Assembly: GCF_009914755.1 (NCBI RefSeq)
Contig: NC_060926.1
From: the human T2T-CHM13v2.0 reference genome, Homo sapiens
Direction: 5' to 3' (one strand)
DNA: 64,000 bases
Part shown: one piece after another, positions 27,541 through 41,268 of the stretch
Numbering within the stretch: the stretch's first letter is position 1
Layout: the number at the start of each line of letters is the position of its first letter
Position numbers and translations under genes: made by a program
The notes under the pieces: model-generated
What the model was told of the DNA's origin: nothing
Database searches by the model: none
What the model saw: the letters and a program-made list of their open reading frames with translations, nothing else

Positions 27541-30049
27541 AGTTTGTGGTAACTGCAGTAACTGTATAACTATGGTGATTGTATTAGGTGACTCAAATTT
27601 CCCATGACGTTACTTCTAAACTCTGAAGAGATTGAAAGAATTATCCCTTCCCTACGTGTGTAGCAAAATGAATATTTTATAATAGAAAAATAGTTTAATT
27701 GCAATTTTATCTTTTAAAAAGATTTCCATTTTAAAAAATGGAATATAAAGAACTTTATATTCCATTTACGAAATGTTGTGTCAGTGTTGTCAAACCTTTA
27801 AGTAACTTTGGCATGAGACGGGAAGCATATATTCTATTACTTTTCATCATCCATGATTTTTACTTTGTGAAAACCTCAGTTGGGGGATGCAAAAGGAATA
27901 GAATTTACTGGAAGAACAGAGATAGCACCTCGTATGAATCAGAGGACATTGCATCACAGTTGGGGTCCTCAGCCCAGCAGAGAATATCACAGCAAACACT
28001 AAATAGACCTGCCAGAAAATTCCGGTCTTCCGGTCCATTTGGGCAGTTATGTGATCTAAGTCAAGTCTCAGTCTTTCACTCTATCAAAGAATAAAAAGGG
28101 TATAAGTCATTTTGACAGGTCTCAAAAGCATCTTAGTAAATGAACAAAGCTCAGGACATCAAAGTTGACGATGTTAATCAAAGACTGAATTGAACTGGTG
28201 CTTGGGGGACTGGCAGTCCTAATCTGATTTTCACAAACATGCCAATATCAATAAACTTGCAGGTAAACACACAGCCAAATAAATAGAAGTGCATTCATTT
28301 TTGCTAAATACTAGATATTTGATTTCTTTAATTCTGTACTATGTAATTGGAAGCTTACATTTTGGTGTTTTACATGTATTTCTAACACCGCATATAAACT
28401 CTTTAAAGGCAGACACATGCTGGGTTTTTTTTTGTCTCCCTCACATGCCTAGAATATAGAATCAGTATGTCTTCAGTCACTAGCTGTGAAAAAAATTCAT
28501 TTATCTGACATCGAAAAACACAAGTCATTGCTTTTGGTTATGTGTGAATGTCGCTGTTGCTGTAAATAAATTCAGACACAGTCAATGAGCGTTAACATTT
28601 GATTGTTATTCCTTCTGCTTATAACAAAGAACTATGAGATGAAATCTAACTGCCAAGAATCAGTAGGGGAAAGTAGTCATTGTGTTAATTTCAATGCTGC
28701 GGTGTAAATTTCATTAATATTAAATGGATTTTTATTTAACAATTGTAACTTCAAAGGGGACAAAAAATTAATTACCTTAACAAATTGAAAAGTCTTCCCT
28801 TCCGCTGTACAGGTAAGGAAAATAATTAAAGAAAAAAAAAAACAATCCTGAAGAAACACTGACTCTCACATGCTTATTTTCTTCCTGAAAATGTGAGATA
28901 GTAAAAACTGAGGAATAAATTAAAATTTGCTTCTAATGTTATAAAATTTTGTCACAAAAACCATAATAAAAATGAAAATTTCTTATGATATTTGTAGAAT
29001 ATTCAATAATCCTTGAGAAAGTGTCAATATAGTCAGCTTTCTGGAATTACAGGTGTATGCTGTTGTTATAGTTTTAATTTCTTGTTTTTACATATAAACC
29101 TCCTGGGCTACCTTCAGCATATGTGTCCATGATTGACAGTAAAGAGTTGCTATTTCTGCAAGTCTTTTCATGCCGAGATCAATTTTCCCATTTAGTCCAT
29201 ATTAATTCCTAAGTATTCACATCTTACAAAATTAAGTGAGAGAGTGTAATCTCAATTGAGGCCATGGGAAATATGAGCAACCTGGTCAAGGTTTTAAACC
29301 TGTCATCATGGATTATTTTGTATTTGTCCCTGAGTTCATTCTGGCCCAAAATCTAACTGCCCATCCTACAACTACTTAGTTAAGCCTTTCCTCCCATCAA
29401 GAGTATAACTCTGGTTATAGGCTTTAAGTCTGGCTTATTTTAAGGGTCAAAGCTAAATCAGGCCACTTGAATTTAGACTGGTGTCACTCGCTGTTCTTAA
29501 GGGCAACATAACATATGGCATTCAAGCATATCCTCCTGAAAAGACTGAACTTTACCTACAGAGGGGTATAAACTGTTCCTCACTGCTGCTGGTGGTGGTG
29601 AATTGATTTCAAATGTAGGGTTGCTTATAGTTGGAGGATGTTTCCTTTTGCTTTATTTTGGTTCGTATTTTCTGTTTGTTAAATACAGAAAAGAGGCTGT
29701 TTATCCTCAGAAAGTTTTTCTTGACTGCTGCCTAAGTTGTTTTCTTTCTTCTGGGTTAAAGAAGGTTTTCTGGGATAGTTACCGAGAAATGACAGTGATT
29801 TTTATGTCAGAGGGGATGGTAGAATACCTCGATTTATTACTGAGGCCCAAAAAAGTCAAGTGACAAAAAAATCTAGGCAGCGGCAGAGTCTGACCTAGAT
29901 GATATGTTTCCAAATGCTCAATAAAAGACTGTTGTTTAAAATACTCCATGTCAATGGCAAAAGGAAAAATTTTATTCTCTCCAAAAAAGTTGGTAAAAGA
30001 CAGACATATATCTTGATCTCTTTCAAATACTAATTACCTTGCATTTCTT

Positions 30050-30480
30050 TCACATATGTACTCATTCATTTTTAAATTATTAAATATGAGGAAATGCGGT
30101 AGGTAATAGACATAAAAATAGTTACATGTAATTCCTGCCTTTCATTTGAAGAGTTCACAGTGTAGTTGGGAAAATTTGTATAAATAGAAGAATTACAGAA
30201 CATTAGAGCAAGGAGCAAAGAAAAGCTCCAAAATTCCAAGAAGAAGGCATCAAAACTGTTATGAAGATTGGGTCGGAGTTTTCCAATATTTTTTTCTTTT
30301 TAAGTGGGAAGATGCCTTCAGGCATGTACAGAACAGAGCCATGAAAGGTCATAGTGTGTTTGCACAACAGTGAGAGACTTGGTGTGGTAGGAGAGTTGGG
30401 AAATAAAGTCTGGAAATCAGAAGTTTAATTCATGTATTTGCTAATTATTTTCAATCCCTGAAGTTAGCTGTGATGAAATT
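30050..30480 (-). mobile_element. L2 fragment
   Basis: ctcattcattttt…ttcctgccttt…gagttcacagtgtagttggg. Confidence 0.5.
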
Positions 30481-32280
30481 AAATCACAAATCCCCAAATC
30501 CTCAAGGGCTCATAAATCCTCAAATCCTCACTGGCTCACAAAGACTATATGGGATTTTTACATCAGGAAAGAGCTGCCTATTTGTTGGTTGAGAATGCTG
30601 TTTTTATATGGCACCTCCAGTCCTAATGAGTTTCACAAGATCACAGGAAGCTACAGAGTCTCTTGTGCACCCTCTGACCTAGGACTTGCAGTAAAAGTAG
30701 ATGTCATGGTCCCCCCTTTATTTAATGTTTTCATCCTTGATGCTCAGGGCTTTTCCAATGCATTCTTGACCTTGCTAGTTCCGTTTCTATTTGAGAATGG
30801 ACAAAAAAGGCAAGAGGAAGCTCTGAGCAACGCCTAGATTTAGGAATGACTGACCCTCTTAGACTTAAGGTCTAAATCTGCATTCGGATTTGGGAACATC
30901 TTTTTGGTTTTCCACATCTACAAGACAATGACACTGATGAGTTCCATTCTCTCCCTTTCCAATTGGCCACTAAAACATCTATCAAAGGTAGAACAGCCAC
31001 TACCTACTTGATCAGCTTCCAGCCAGATGAAATGTCTTTTGTTGACACTGAAATAACTGAATTATTTATCAAGCTCTGTTCTAACCCAAAATTACGTATG
31101 TATACGTAAGTGTATATACATCTACATATATATGTACTTTTTCGTTATGCATATTCTGCAGTTGTATTTGCCAGTTGTCCTCAATCTGGAGAAATCAAAA
31201 CCTGTAGCTAATCAATGGGTTCCTTTACAATGGGATAGAAAATGTATTTTCTTTCTTTTCCATTCATTTAGGTTTCTCTGTATTATATCTACCAATTTTT
31301 CTCAACAATTTTATTCCTCATTTATTTTCATGCTGATAATGATAACTAAGAGGATTTTCTACTCTCTTTGGAATGAGTTAGATAATCATGGTCCTGATAA
31401 AATATAGGTGTTAGGGTAGGATAAAAAGGAAGACATTGATAATTAAACTTATCAAAGACCAGCAATATCACATGCACTCAGCTTCTTTCTTTGCAGATAG
31501 TCAAGAGCTTAGGGAGTGTTATTTGAGGAACTAAAGGTGTAAATTCTGGGAAGACTCATCAAAGTTGGATGATATGGTGGACAGCATGAAAATGTCAGGT
31601 ACCTTGGGAAAACAGACATTTTCCCTGTTTCACTATTGTGAGACAGGTCTTTCCAGCTCCTCCCATTCTTGATGCAGAATTGCTGCTCTATCACATATAA
31701 AAATGCAATTTAATTCAAATGCTAATTATTGGGTACCTACTAATAGAATTAACATCCGCTGAGCCTGACAAGAAATGATATGGAATCCTTAGAAGCTATG
31801 AGCCTGGCCTTTGAAAAGTTTATAACTGATATTTTTTTCCTTGACTTATTTTTAGTTGTGCGTATTCCTCTTTATCCCTGACATGAAATGTCACCTAGTA
31901 TCCATTTCCATCCCAGTATTGCCCTACAGAAAACTCTGGGCTCTAAGCAAGACATGAATGATAACTTAAAATTCCCAGCGAGGTCATTCTTCATCTTTCA
32001 CTTTGCTAAATAATTGTGGAACAGTATTTTAAAAGCTATCTGGCAATAACATATAAAGTAGCTTTAGAATGATGCTTTTGCAGTCACAGCACTAAAACCT
32101 TTTTTTATGAAAACTTCAAGATTTGTGCAAAAGTCACTTTGTAAATGAGAGTATTTAAGACTTCCGTGATACGATGGCAGCTTCTATTAAAACGAAAACA
32201 AAATGCTTTATCTCATTTTGCAATTTTAAAGTTTGTTTCATAGCTCCATATCAGATACACTTTTCTTAAAATGGCTTATA

Positions 32281-32571
32281 GGCCAGGCACAGTGGCTCAC
32301 GCCTGTAATCCCAGCACTTTGGGACACTAAGGCAGGTGAACTCTTGGGCTCAGGTGTTCAACACCTGCCTGGGCAACATGGTGAAACCCCGCCTCTACAA
32401 AAGAATTAGCTGGGCATTGTGGTATGTTCCTGTAGTCCCAGCTACTGGGGTGGCTGAAGTGGGTGGATCACCTGAGCCTGGAGGTCCAGGCTACAATAAA
32501 CTGTGATTACGCCACTGAACTCCAGCCTAGGCAACAGAGTGAGATCCTATCTCCAAAAAAAAAAAAAAAAA
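32281..32571 (+). mobile_element. Old Alu (AluJ-like)
   Basis: Full dimer, highly diverged, with J-type positions (tgggctcagg, gtgggtggatcacctgagcc); A18 tail. Confidence 0.93.
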
Positions 32572-33659
32572 GACATAAATAATTTCATTAAGGCAAATGA
32601 CAGAAGAGCTTGCATATTTTCTATTTCTTTACATGTAAGATGAGCACTTATCTAACAGTCTTAAGTAGAGTTGGCATCTTTCCTTAAGTTAGATCAAAAT
32701 CGATTTTGTTTGTGTTTAGATATTCAAATGCATTTTGCTTAATAACCCAATTAGACTTGAAAATAGTGCTAGAATAAGTATGTGATTTTAACTTTTGCAC
32801 AATAAAACCTTGATTAGCTAGAAGAAAACTAACAAGAAATATCAATTAACCAGAAGGAACAAAATTATAAGGCAAGCTCAAAAGAATCTAGAATTTAGAA
32901 AGCCGTATAGAAAATGTGGAAGAAATTATGTGCTGAAGGTTATAAGCAAACATCTAATCTGATTCCTCTGTTTTTTATGGTTACATAATCACTGTTTAGA
33001 TATTTAAATCTTCTGGGATCATTTAAGCGAGTTTTCTCCTATGCATTAGATCCTTCTTACCAACCAGAAAAGTGGAATAAAATTATGACAGTATCATCAA
33101 CAAAGACTGAAAGAAAAGTTTCTGATGATTATTCAAGTAACTCGAGTCCAGCAGAACCTCTAATTTTCCTGGCATTATGCTAAAAATACATGCATGGAGG
33201 AGGTGATAGTATTAAAGACGAGTTTCCCAGGCAGACAGTTTAGGACACAGAAGTACAGACAAGGCCTCGGCACACACAGGAGTATTCTACAAATATCAGT
33301 ATAGAAAGTCAGTGATGCAATGAGGAGCTTGTATAATAGGCTTTAGCTATATTATCAACAGATTTCAAGACCCATTATTACTTCAAACAATAAAGACTCA
33401 GAAAAAGATACAGTTCCTTGCCTCCATGAATTTACCATCTAATGATGGATGAGGAAGGAGTTCAGTAATTAGACACATAAAACAGCCGTTGATAAACATC
33501 ATAATGATGTTTGATATGTCCATGATATAAACACATGTGAAATTTGAGACAGCTGTATATTCATTTGAAAATAGCATTCGCCTCCATCTCAAATACAAAT
33601 AGTCTTGCTTGATTCTGTGGAAATGTGGCAGTGGCATCATGTGACAAAGTTTAAATATC

Positions 33660-34760
33660 TGTGTAATTATCCTCTTCTCTCACCAAAATGTAATGTTCTC
33701 TTGATTCTTCTATTTCTCTTAAAGGTACTACTACCTATCTAACAAAGCTTGAAGCCCCGGTTATCTTTGTAGCACCATCACCATCACTTACCCAATTTTG
33801 TTTTGATATCAAGGAACCCAGCTAATGGTTCCACTGCAAATACTTAATCAGGCCTCTTAGTTCCCTCCTTTGCTATGATTCCAGAAGCCATGTCTCTATT
33901 ACTGCCAGGTACATTCTATGAAATAATGGCTTTGTTGTTTGGATACATTGACTTGCTGAAAATCTTAAATGGTCCAGTGCCTTCTGTTAAATAATGTACA
34001 AACTAGTTACCCTGATATCAAAGTCTATACGGTAGGCCTGGAGCTGCCTTTCTGACATTATTTTCTATATCTGTGCTGTGTTTCCTTTCTACCCCAACTG
34101 TGTGTGATCAGTCTTCTCCCAGTCCAACACCCTTTGTCCTTTCTTGTGAGGTTAACTGCACTCACTCACAGATGTTCCTTCCTTGATCTCCGTCCCTTTC
34201 TATCCAACTTTTTCTATCCTTCAATGTTTAGTCCAAAGATCTTATCATTCATGCATTCTTTCCCTATTCTCTCATTTCAAGATGACTGTTTCTGTCACTG
34301 CACTCTTTTACCACTCCTTTGGTTTATTATAAATATTGGTCTGTTCATTCCATTTCCACACCACCACACTAGTTAGAATCTCTATCTTTATTCACCGGGA
34401 TTGCTACAATAGACTCCTATTTGATCTCTATAGCCAATGTATCTTACTTCCTCTCTAGTCCATTCTCTGCATAGAAACCAGAATAACTTGTTTAAAAACA
34501 CAAACCAGTCACTGGCTTAAAATCAATCATTGACACCACATTTAGAATAAGGTCTCAATCCCTTAAAGCTCTACAATGATATGCAAGCTCTGGCTTGTCT
34601 CCCTCTCTAGTTTTGTCTTTATCCACCGTCCATGCTCCAGGAACATTTGATGGAATGCATTTTTGAGTGTATTTTATGCCTTCTTACCCAACCTTCACAC
34701 ATACCATTCTCCCAACTGCAATGCCCTTTTTCCCACATCACACACATTCCTGAGCCAAGT
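33660..34760 (+). mobile_element. L2 fragments
   Basis: ggattgctacaatagactcctatttgatctc…ctagtccattctctgcatag…tggcttaaaatc. Confidence 0.6.
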
Positions 34761-35664
34761 CACTGTGATGATGTGATTCTGCTTCTCAGAATATACAAAT
34801 CAACTCCATCTATGCAGCTCAGGTAGAATTAATTCCACTCAAATCATTTGAGTCATACAAAAAGGGGGAGAGACAGCTTCCTAAAGGGAAGTCCAAATGC
34901 TATAAGAAAATGAAAGAATAAATGCTAGTCAGGCAAGAGTGAAAATCCACTACGGTCAGTAATGGCTCTTATAAAAATACATAGTTATAGAATCTTTAAT
35001 ATGCATGTGAAGTATCATGAATTACATAGTGAAATATGCATGAAAAATGAAGAAAACTCATCATTGTACATGGCATGCGTATCATCCAATGGCTAATGTA
35101 GCTGAGTTTTTTTTGTCAAGTTAGAAATTTTCATTCTCATACCAATCCCTGTAACATTGCTATTGTCATTGCATCTCTGAAACATGTTTTCAGAATGACA
35201 GCTATAATGAAATATCTGATGCTTACAAAATGTGCTCAAAACCATGTTCATGGGAATATGCATAGCACATTATTTAAACAGATGAAGTCTCCAGTGCACC
35301 TCACAACCCAGAAATATCCCCTTCATTTTCTAACTACTTTTTCATGCAGAAACTGACCCTCGTTCTTAGTTTTTGCATGAAATTTACAGTAGCCATCTGC
35401 TTAGGCTGTGACCTATTTTCTTTCTCAACTTTTCTGTTAAAGAGAATCAACTATAACGCTTATTTAAAGGAATGTGAATAAGCTAAATATGGGGTTGCAG
35501 CTGGTTCAGACTCTCTATTGAAATTCTCATGGCCTGGTATAATTTAAGATCTATTTATGTAATTGCTGTGAAGTCGGAGAAACAATCAAAGAAAGCTGTG
35601 TGTTACATCATTTTGCCAAAAGAGATATTGTGTTTGTCTCCTTGTTTAAAGAACTGAACTCCGT

Positions 35665-36010
35665 AGTAGTAATCTGGCCCATCCACAGATGTGCTTAGGT
35701 TTACCCTCACAATGTTAATGCAAATAATGACTAAAACATTCAAAATATAATTTATTGTCGATATTTAAAAATTGGGGAATTTTATATTCAAAATCATATT
35801 CCTTTTTTTTCTCTTGAAAAATTGGAAGATCTGGCAATATTGGCATATGGAGACATTTTCCCATGGTAACCATTGGTTCACTCTCACAGATGGGGCATTC
35901 TCTCTTCAGGTAACCTTAGCACTCACAATTTTTAATAGTTTATTCTTGCAGACTTCACTTGCTTGTAGTACCTGTCAAGCTTTTGTAGACATTTCAGATT
36001 GTAATAATTG
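35665..36010 (+). mobile_element. MER102-like hAT-Charlie element
   Basis: atttaaaaattggggaatttt…ctcttgaaaaattggaagatctggcaatattgg. Confidence 0.65.
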
Positions 36011-36111
36011 CTTGTCACAATGGGATCCTCTCAAACAAAAGATTTGGCCAAAATGAATAGTATAAGGAGTACATTGTGCAATATAATTTTAAAATTAAGA
36101 ACAAATTGCTC

Positions 36112-36583
36112 TTGTGGGCTTGGCTATGGCTATGATATGGGTAGCAAGAACTTCCCAAGACTGGGCTGTAGTTAAGGCTCTGGGTGTGGCAGTGACCATG
36201 GGTCAAGCTATGGCTGTGGATACAGCTGTGGCTATGGATTCTCTCTCCAATGACCATCAAATTCTCAAAGCTGTTGATCATTTTGCTGCTAATTTTTGAC
36301 TTTCAAACTTTTCATGCCTCTCCCTAGTATTCCATGATGAATTTCAAGACGCTCATGTTGATTTTTCTTACATTTCTCTTTATTCCTTATGGACAGTGAA
36401 AGATAACATGACATTCCAGTTTGATCTTCTGCCTCTTGGGCAGTTTCCAATATTTTGGTACAATCGACATTTAAGCATTTGCTCATATACTGTCAAACTA
36501 TGGGAATCCAATGTATCTATTTGTATATATATTTTATTTATCATACTTCCTAATGAAATGTATTTACATTTATTTTTAAAAAA
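36112..36583 (+). pseudogene. Degenerate 5'-truncated processed pseudogene of a high-glycine/tyrosine KRTAP (KRTAP6/19/20/21-like)
   Basis: Frame from 36113 reads CGLGYGYDMGSKNFPRLGCS*GSGCGSDHGSSYGCGYSCGYGFSLQ*PSNSQSC*SFCC*. It is followed by about 290 nt of UTR-like sequence, a degenerate poly(A) signal (cctAATGAA, 36552) and an A-run. Flanks aagaacaaattgctc (36097-36111) and aaggacaaatcactc (36582-36596) look like a TSD. Confidence 0.72.
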
Positions 36584-36609
36584 GGACAAATCACTCAAGT
36601 TACAACCTA

Positions 36610-37120
36610 CAACAACTAGAAATCTTTTCAGCTACAAGTACAAGAAAACTCAAACACAGTTGGTTAAAAAAAGCTAGTTATTAATTTCAAATTATATCTA
36701 TTAAGTAGGCAGCTAATTTCATTTGTTCTGTGGCTCTACAATAGCAGCCACTGCGTTTCTAATTGCCCTTAATCTTTCACTGATGCCTGTGACCTTGCTG
36801 TAAGTTGGCTACCATAGTTCCAGGTGTGCCACACCTATTCCAAGCAAAAGAGTAGATTGAATTAAACGGCAAAGGGTTGCATTAGTTTTGTTTGCACCCT
36901 TTTTATCAATGAAACAAAGTATTTCCATGAAGTACTACCTAGGTGACTTTAATTAAAGTAAATCCCTGTCCAAGAGGAATGAGATTATAATGATTCATTT
37001 AAAACAATCATAATTTATCCCCTTGGAATAACACAGCATTTGTCCTCTCTGAGATTAAGTTATCTCCCAGAGTTTTCTTAGCATAGAATCTGGGAAGGAG
37101 GTGAAGACATTTGTGTAGGC
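36610..37120 (-). mobile_element. Old MLT1 LTR (J/K/L-like)
   Basis: ttcagctacaagtacaagaaaactcaaac…catagttccaggtgtgccacacctattccaagc. Confidence 0.45.
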
Positions 37121-38773
37121 AAAGGACAAAGTCTGTCACACAAGCGTCTATGCTCCCATTTACTTTCAAGCAATTTTACTCTGAATTTTGTCTTGTACTT
37201 CATGAAGGCTCCTTCCAGAATAATTATTGCCTCACACGGAATTATTATCAAACCAATCAATATTTCTGATAAATGAGGCTGCTGAGCTGTTCATTCTGTA
37301 GGTTTTATTCATCTCCCCTTTTATCTTGGATTGCAGTCTACCTTGGCATGTGATAGGTATTTTGAAGGAGGTGGAAGATGTTTCTCAGACGAAATTATTT
37401 TAGGATGTGATAAAACAGGGGCAAATTTTTAATAATTTTTAAATGTGTTTTTGTTGACATAAAGAGCACAATGCAATATGTATTATCAATAAATATTCAT
37501 CAATATTCATCAATAAATTAAATATTTATTAATGAAAAACCTTACTCAGAAACCTCAAGATCATGATTTAGGCTGGGATAGCATTAAACATGTATTAACC
37601 AGAGACATAAGGCAGGGAAGACCAAATATCTCAATAATCTCTTCCATTGCTTTAAGTTATTCTTCATTCTTTGATTTTAGACAAGAAAATATTACACAAT
37701 TTATGCAAAAGTTACACTTTAAATTCCTAGATTTTGAGGTCTTAAGTTTGAAACTAGGTTTATTCAGCTGTGGTGACTCAAAAGAAGATAAGAGAGTGGA
37801 GGACTCAGACAAAAACGTCCCTGTAGTTGTCATCGCCTAGCCTGAGAAATGATTGGATTTAAAAGGAATTTACTATGCTGAAAGCAACTCAGATTAATTT
37901 AATGTGACCATTTCAATGTACACTCTTGCATTATTCATGTACTATCTAGATATTATTATTTTTTATGCAAGTCTACAGTCATTTGACTTTCAAAGTATAT
38001 CCTGTAGATATCCTAGACCTGATACACTTGGTATAAATTATGGAATTACACCGTAACATTACCATAAATCTTTATATTCAAATGCAGATTGTGTCTTTCT
38101 CCATAGCTATTCTTCTTGCTCATCTAAATAATATGAAGCCAATGTAAATTAGATTCATAAATGAAAATTATCACTATTTTCAGGATTAAGAAGTATATTA
38201 ACATATATTAATAAGCTGTTTTCAAATCTGTCATTTCATACATTATAGTTTTTCTCAAAAAATGTGAAACTTTTTTATTTGAACCTTGAATGAATAAATA
38301 TAATGATATATTAAATTAGCATAAAATATTCTGATTATTGAGTATAATACGTTTTCATGGTCTTCCTACAAGAAGAAAAAAGGATCCTAATTAGATCAGG
38401 ACATTGATTAAATGCATTAGTGAGTAAACTGAAGCTAGTATTTACTGAACAAATGGCATATTATACTTTATCTGCACTATGATCTTTGTAGCAAAATAAT
38501 CTATTGATTGTTTTATATAGACCACACCACAACCATGATTTGGATTCATGGCTGTACTGGGAAGATGCTTATATAGATGTTTCTTTTGGCACTCAAAATT
38601 ATGCTGAGGGTTTTTTTTTTCTTAAATGATTTCCTTAGATAATTCTTATTATACTATTCAAACAACTTTCAAAATAAGTCACTGAATTATTTAAACTGAA
38701 TTATTCAATGTTTCAGGTGAAGTGAATACTGGAGAGGGCCAGATTCAGGTTAGCTTCTAAGCTCCGACACCTA

Positions 38774-38785
38774 TCTCTCTCTCTC

Positions 38786-38829
<44 letters not shown>
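38774..38829. repeat. Compound (TC)7-(CA)19 microsatellite
   Basis: Perfect CA array at 38791-38828. Confidence 0.97.
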
Positions 38830-38830
<1 letters not shown>

Positions 38831-40026
38831 AAATTAACACCTTTCTCCAGGCCCATAATCACTGAAAAACCCTATCTTGCTTTAATACCAGTGATTACTA
38901 AAGTGTCTACTCCCAAAACTACTATGTGTTCTACCTAGAATTTTGACCCTACATTTTACAAGTTTCAGGCAGTTAAAATTGGTCATAATTGCTGAAATTA
39001 TGTCACATGTGAAAAAATGGGATGCAAATCACAGATGTGTCCTTATACCTGTTTACTGTAAGGACAGCAAGCAGAGACAAGAGATAGAGACAAGAGAATC
39101 AAGTTTCTATTTTTAGTTCCATTGTCACTGTCCCCCACCAAGACATCCATTTATCATTTCTGAGGACACCAGCAGCAATGTTATTCCTGGGTTTACAAGT
39201 ACATCTGAAGACTAAGAATTTGTTCTTGGGCAACATCACTTTGACCACCTACTGATTTGGGGTAGATGCACTAAATAAATCAAATGCATTCATTAAATCA
39301 AATAAATCATTAAATATATTGATTATAGTAGCCCCAGTCTATGCTGTGTTCACAAATCCATGCTGGTATTTTAGGAGATTTACATAATCTCATACCCCAA
39401 AGGTAACAATTATTAATGGTTGCTCAGGAATCCTTCCGAAAACATCTTTCTTCTTAAGCACACATACACCAACACACATAAGTCTTTTAAAAATACAAAA
39501 GGTCTGTATACTCTGTTCTGTTCTGCAGGCAGTCTTAATAATTTTCATGTAATATCTTTCCATGACAAAACACAAGTACAGGGCTCTTCTTTTTCATCAT
39601 ATCACTAAAAATATACATTTCCTTGGTTTATATTGTAGTCTCTTCCCCTTGTGCAACCTCTGCCTGTTTTACTGAACAAATCACTCCTGACACATTGGGT
39701 TGAGTTATCTGCTGATGTCCTTTCCCATAAATGTTCCCTTCTAATACAGGGGCAGCTCTAAATCTTAAGCTCCTGTTGAGTACTGGGAGAAAATATCTAA
39801 CTTCTGCATTAATATCTAGGTTTTCACACCTCTAAACTAGAAAGGACATGACTATAGCCTGATGTCAGGATCTCATTACTTTTCTTCTCTTACTTTGGTA
39901 TCTGATGTTCCAAATGGATATTGATGGGGAAATTTATTTCCAATTTAAGAATCAAGAGCAAAAATTCATCTTCTAGAATATATTATTTCCTATTTTATAT
40001 GCTCTTTCCTGGAAACTTAGAACATG

Positions 40027-40508
40027 TGTAGAGGAGGAAAAACTTTCCTCTGCCCTCTTACGTTTGGAGCTGTGGCATGTGAATTAAAGCATACAAATTG
40101 TATTAATGTTTTTAATTTTACATGCATTGGAACCACACAGAAAAGAAGTGAAAAACCTAACGGAGTTATTAGACTCAGGGGCTTATATACTACTTTAACA
40201 AAGGATTATATATTTAGGAAAATGACTAGGAAATATATGGGAAAACTACGATGAGAAGAGTTATTTAGTAAGGTTTGTTTATGCAGACTCATCTCTCAGT
40301 ACTATCTTTATTTCCCGTAACGAGGGTTTTTGTCTTCCTGAGATGGGAGAAGGGAACATTTCCACAAGGAAAACTAATGTGATACTTGTAGTCAGAAAGT
40401 GGGAGGGCAGAGAGCTCTTACTGTTTCTGATTTCTCTCAATTACCTTCAGTTATAAAAAATCATTTTCCAAAGTGGTATATTTTGGTGTGGCATATTTGG
40501 TCCCTTCA
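40027..40508 (-). mobile_element. ERV1 solo LTR, MER34-family-like
   Basis: TG…CA termini; ends in ccaaagtggtatattttggtgtggcatatttggtcccttca; 4-bp TSD catg/tatg. Confidence 0.75.
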
Positions 40509-41036
40509 TATGATTATGTTCCTTTTTTCTATCTAAAGATGGTATCCCCTAAGTACATCCTTGACCTTTTTTACCTTCTTATATTAGCACTTGAGGAAAT
40601 ACCAAAAATAATAAATCGTGAAACCTATTACTGATGAAATGTGTATGTTTCTTTTTGTCATGTATGTGTGGTGGAGGAGGTGCATAGAGGATATTTCTCT
40701 GTAACTTCTAGCTTCTTTATTGGCAAGCAAATAGATTGGCAAGCAAATAGATTTATTTCTGTGTGTGTTTTCAAGTCATTGTGATTAGCATGGACTACCT
40801 TTGAAATAGCCATTTGAGGGTCCCCAGAGTCTATAATTTTTGAAATAGGAAAATTTCAGGATATTAGTATTTTTCTGAGTTTAAAAGCATAACCTAAAGT
40901 TAACTTGTAGGCTTTTTCTTTCTAATGCTTTTTACTGAGTGGTAAAGATGAGCAACCTTTTTTTTGTTTAATAGCCAGATACTTTTTATACTCCGAATAC
41001 AAATATTGAAAAAAATGAAAGGAAAACCCCCTAGAT

Positions 41037-41268
41037 CAAACTTGGTCAATCCATGGCCTCTGGGCTGTATGTGGCCCAGGATGACTTTGAATGCAGCCCA
41101 ACACAAATTCATAAACTTTCTTAAAACGTTGTGAGATTTTTTTTTGGCAGGTTTTTTTTTTTTTTTTTTTCTCATCAGCTATCGTTAGTGTTAGTGTATT
41201 TTATGTGTGGCCCAAGGCAATTCTTCTTCCAATGTGGCCAAGGAAAGTGAAAATATTGGACATCCCTG
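41037..41268. mobile_element. MER30 (hAT-Charlie MITE)
   Basis: gtggcccaggatgactttgaatgcagcccaacacaaattc…attggacatccctg; 8-bp TSD ccctagat/gcctagat. Confidence 0.88.

Noticed and set aside
36015-36299. ORFs 36114-36299 (+) and His/Ser-rich 36015-36281 (-)
   Set aside because: They are alternative-frame and antisense shadows of the GGC-TAT/TGT KRTAP-like repeats; the meaningful frame is the stop-interrupted one.
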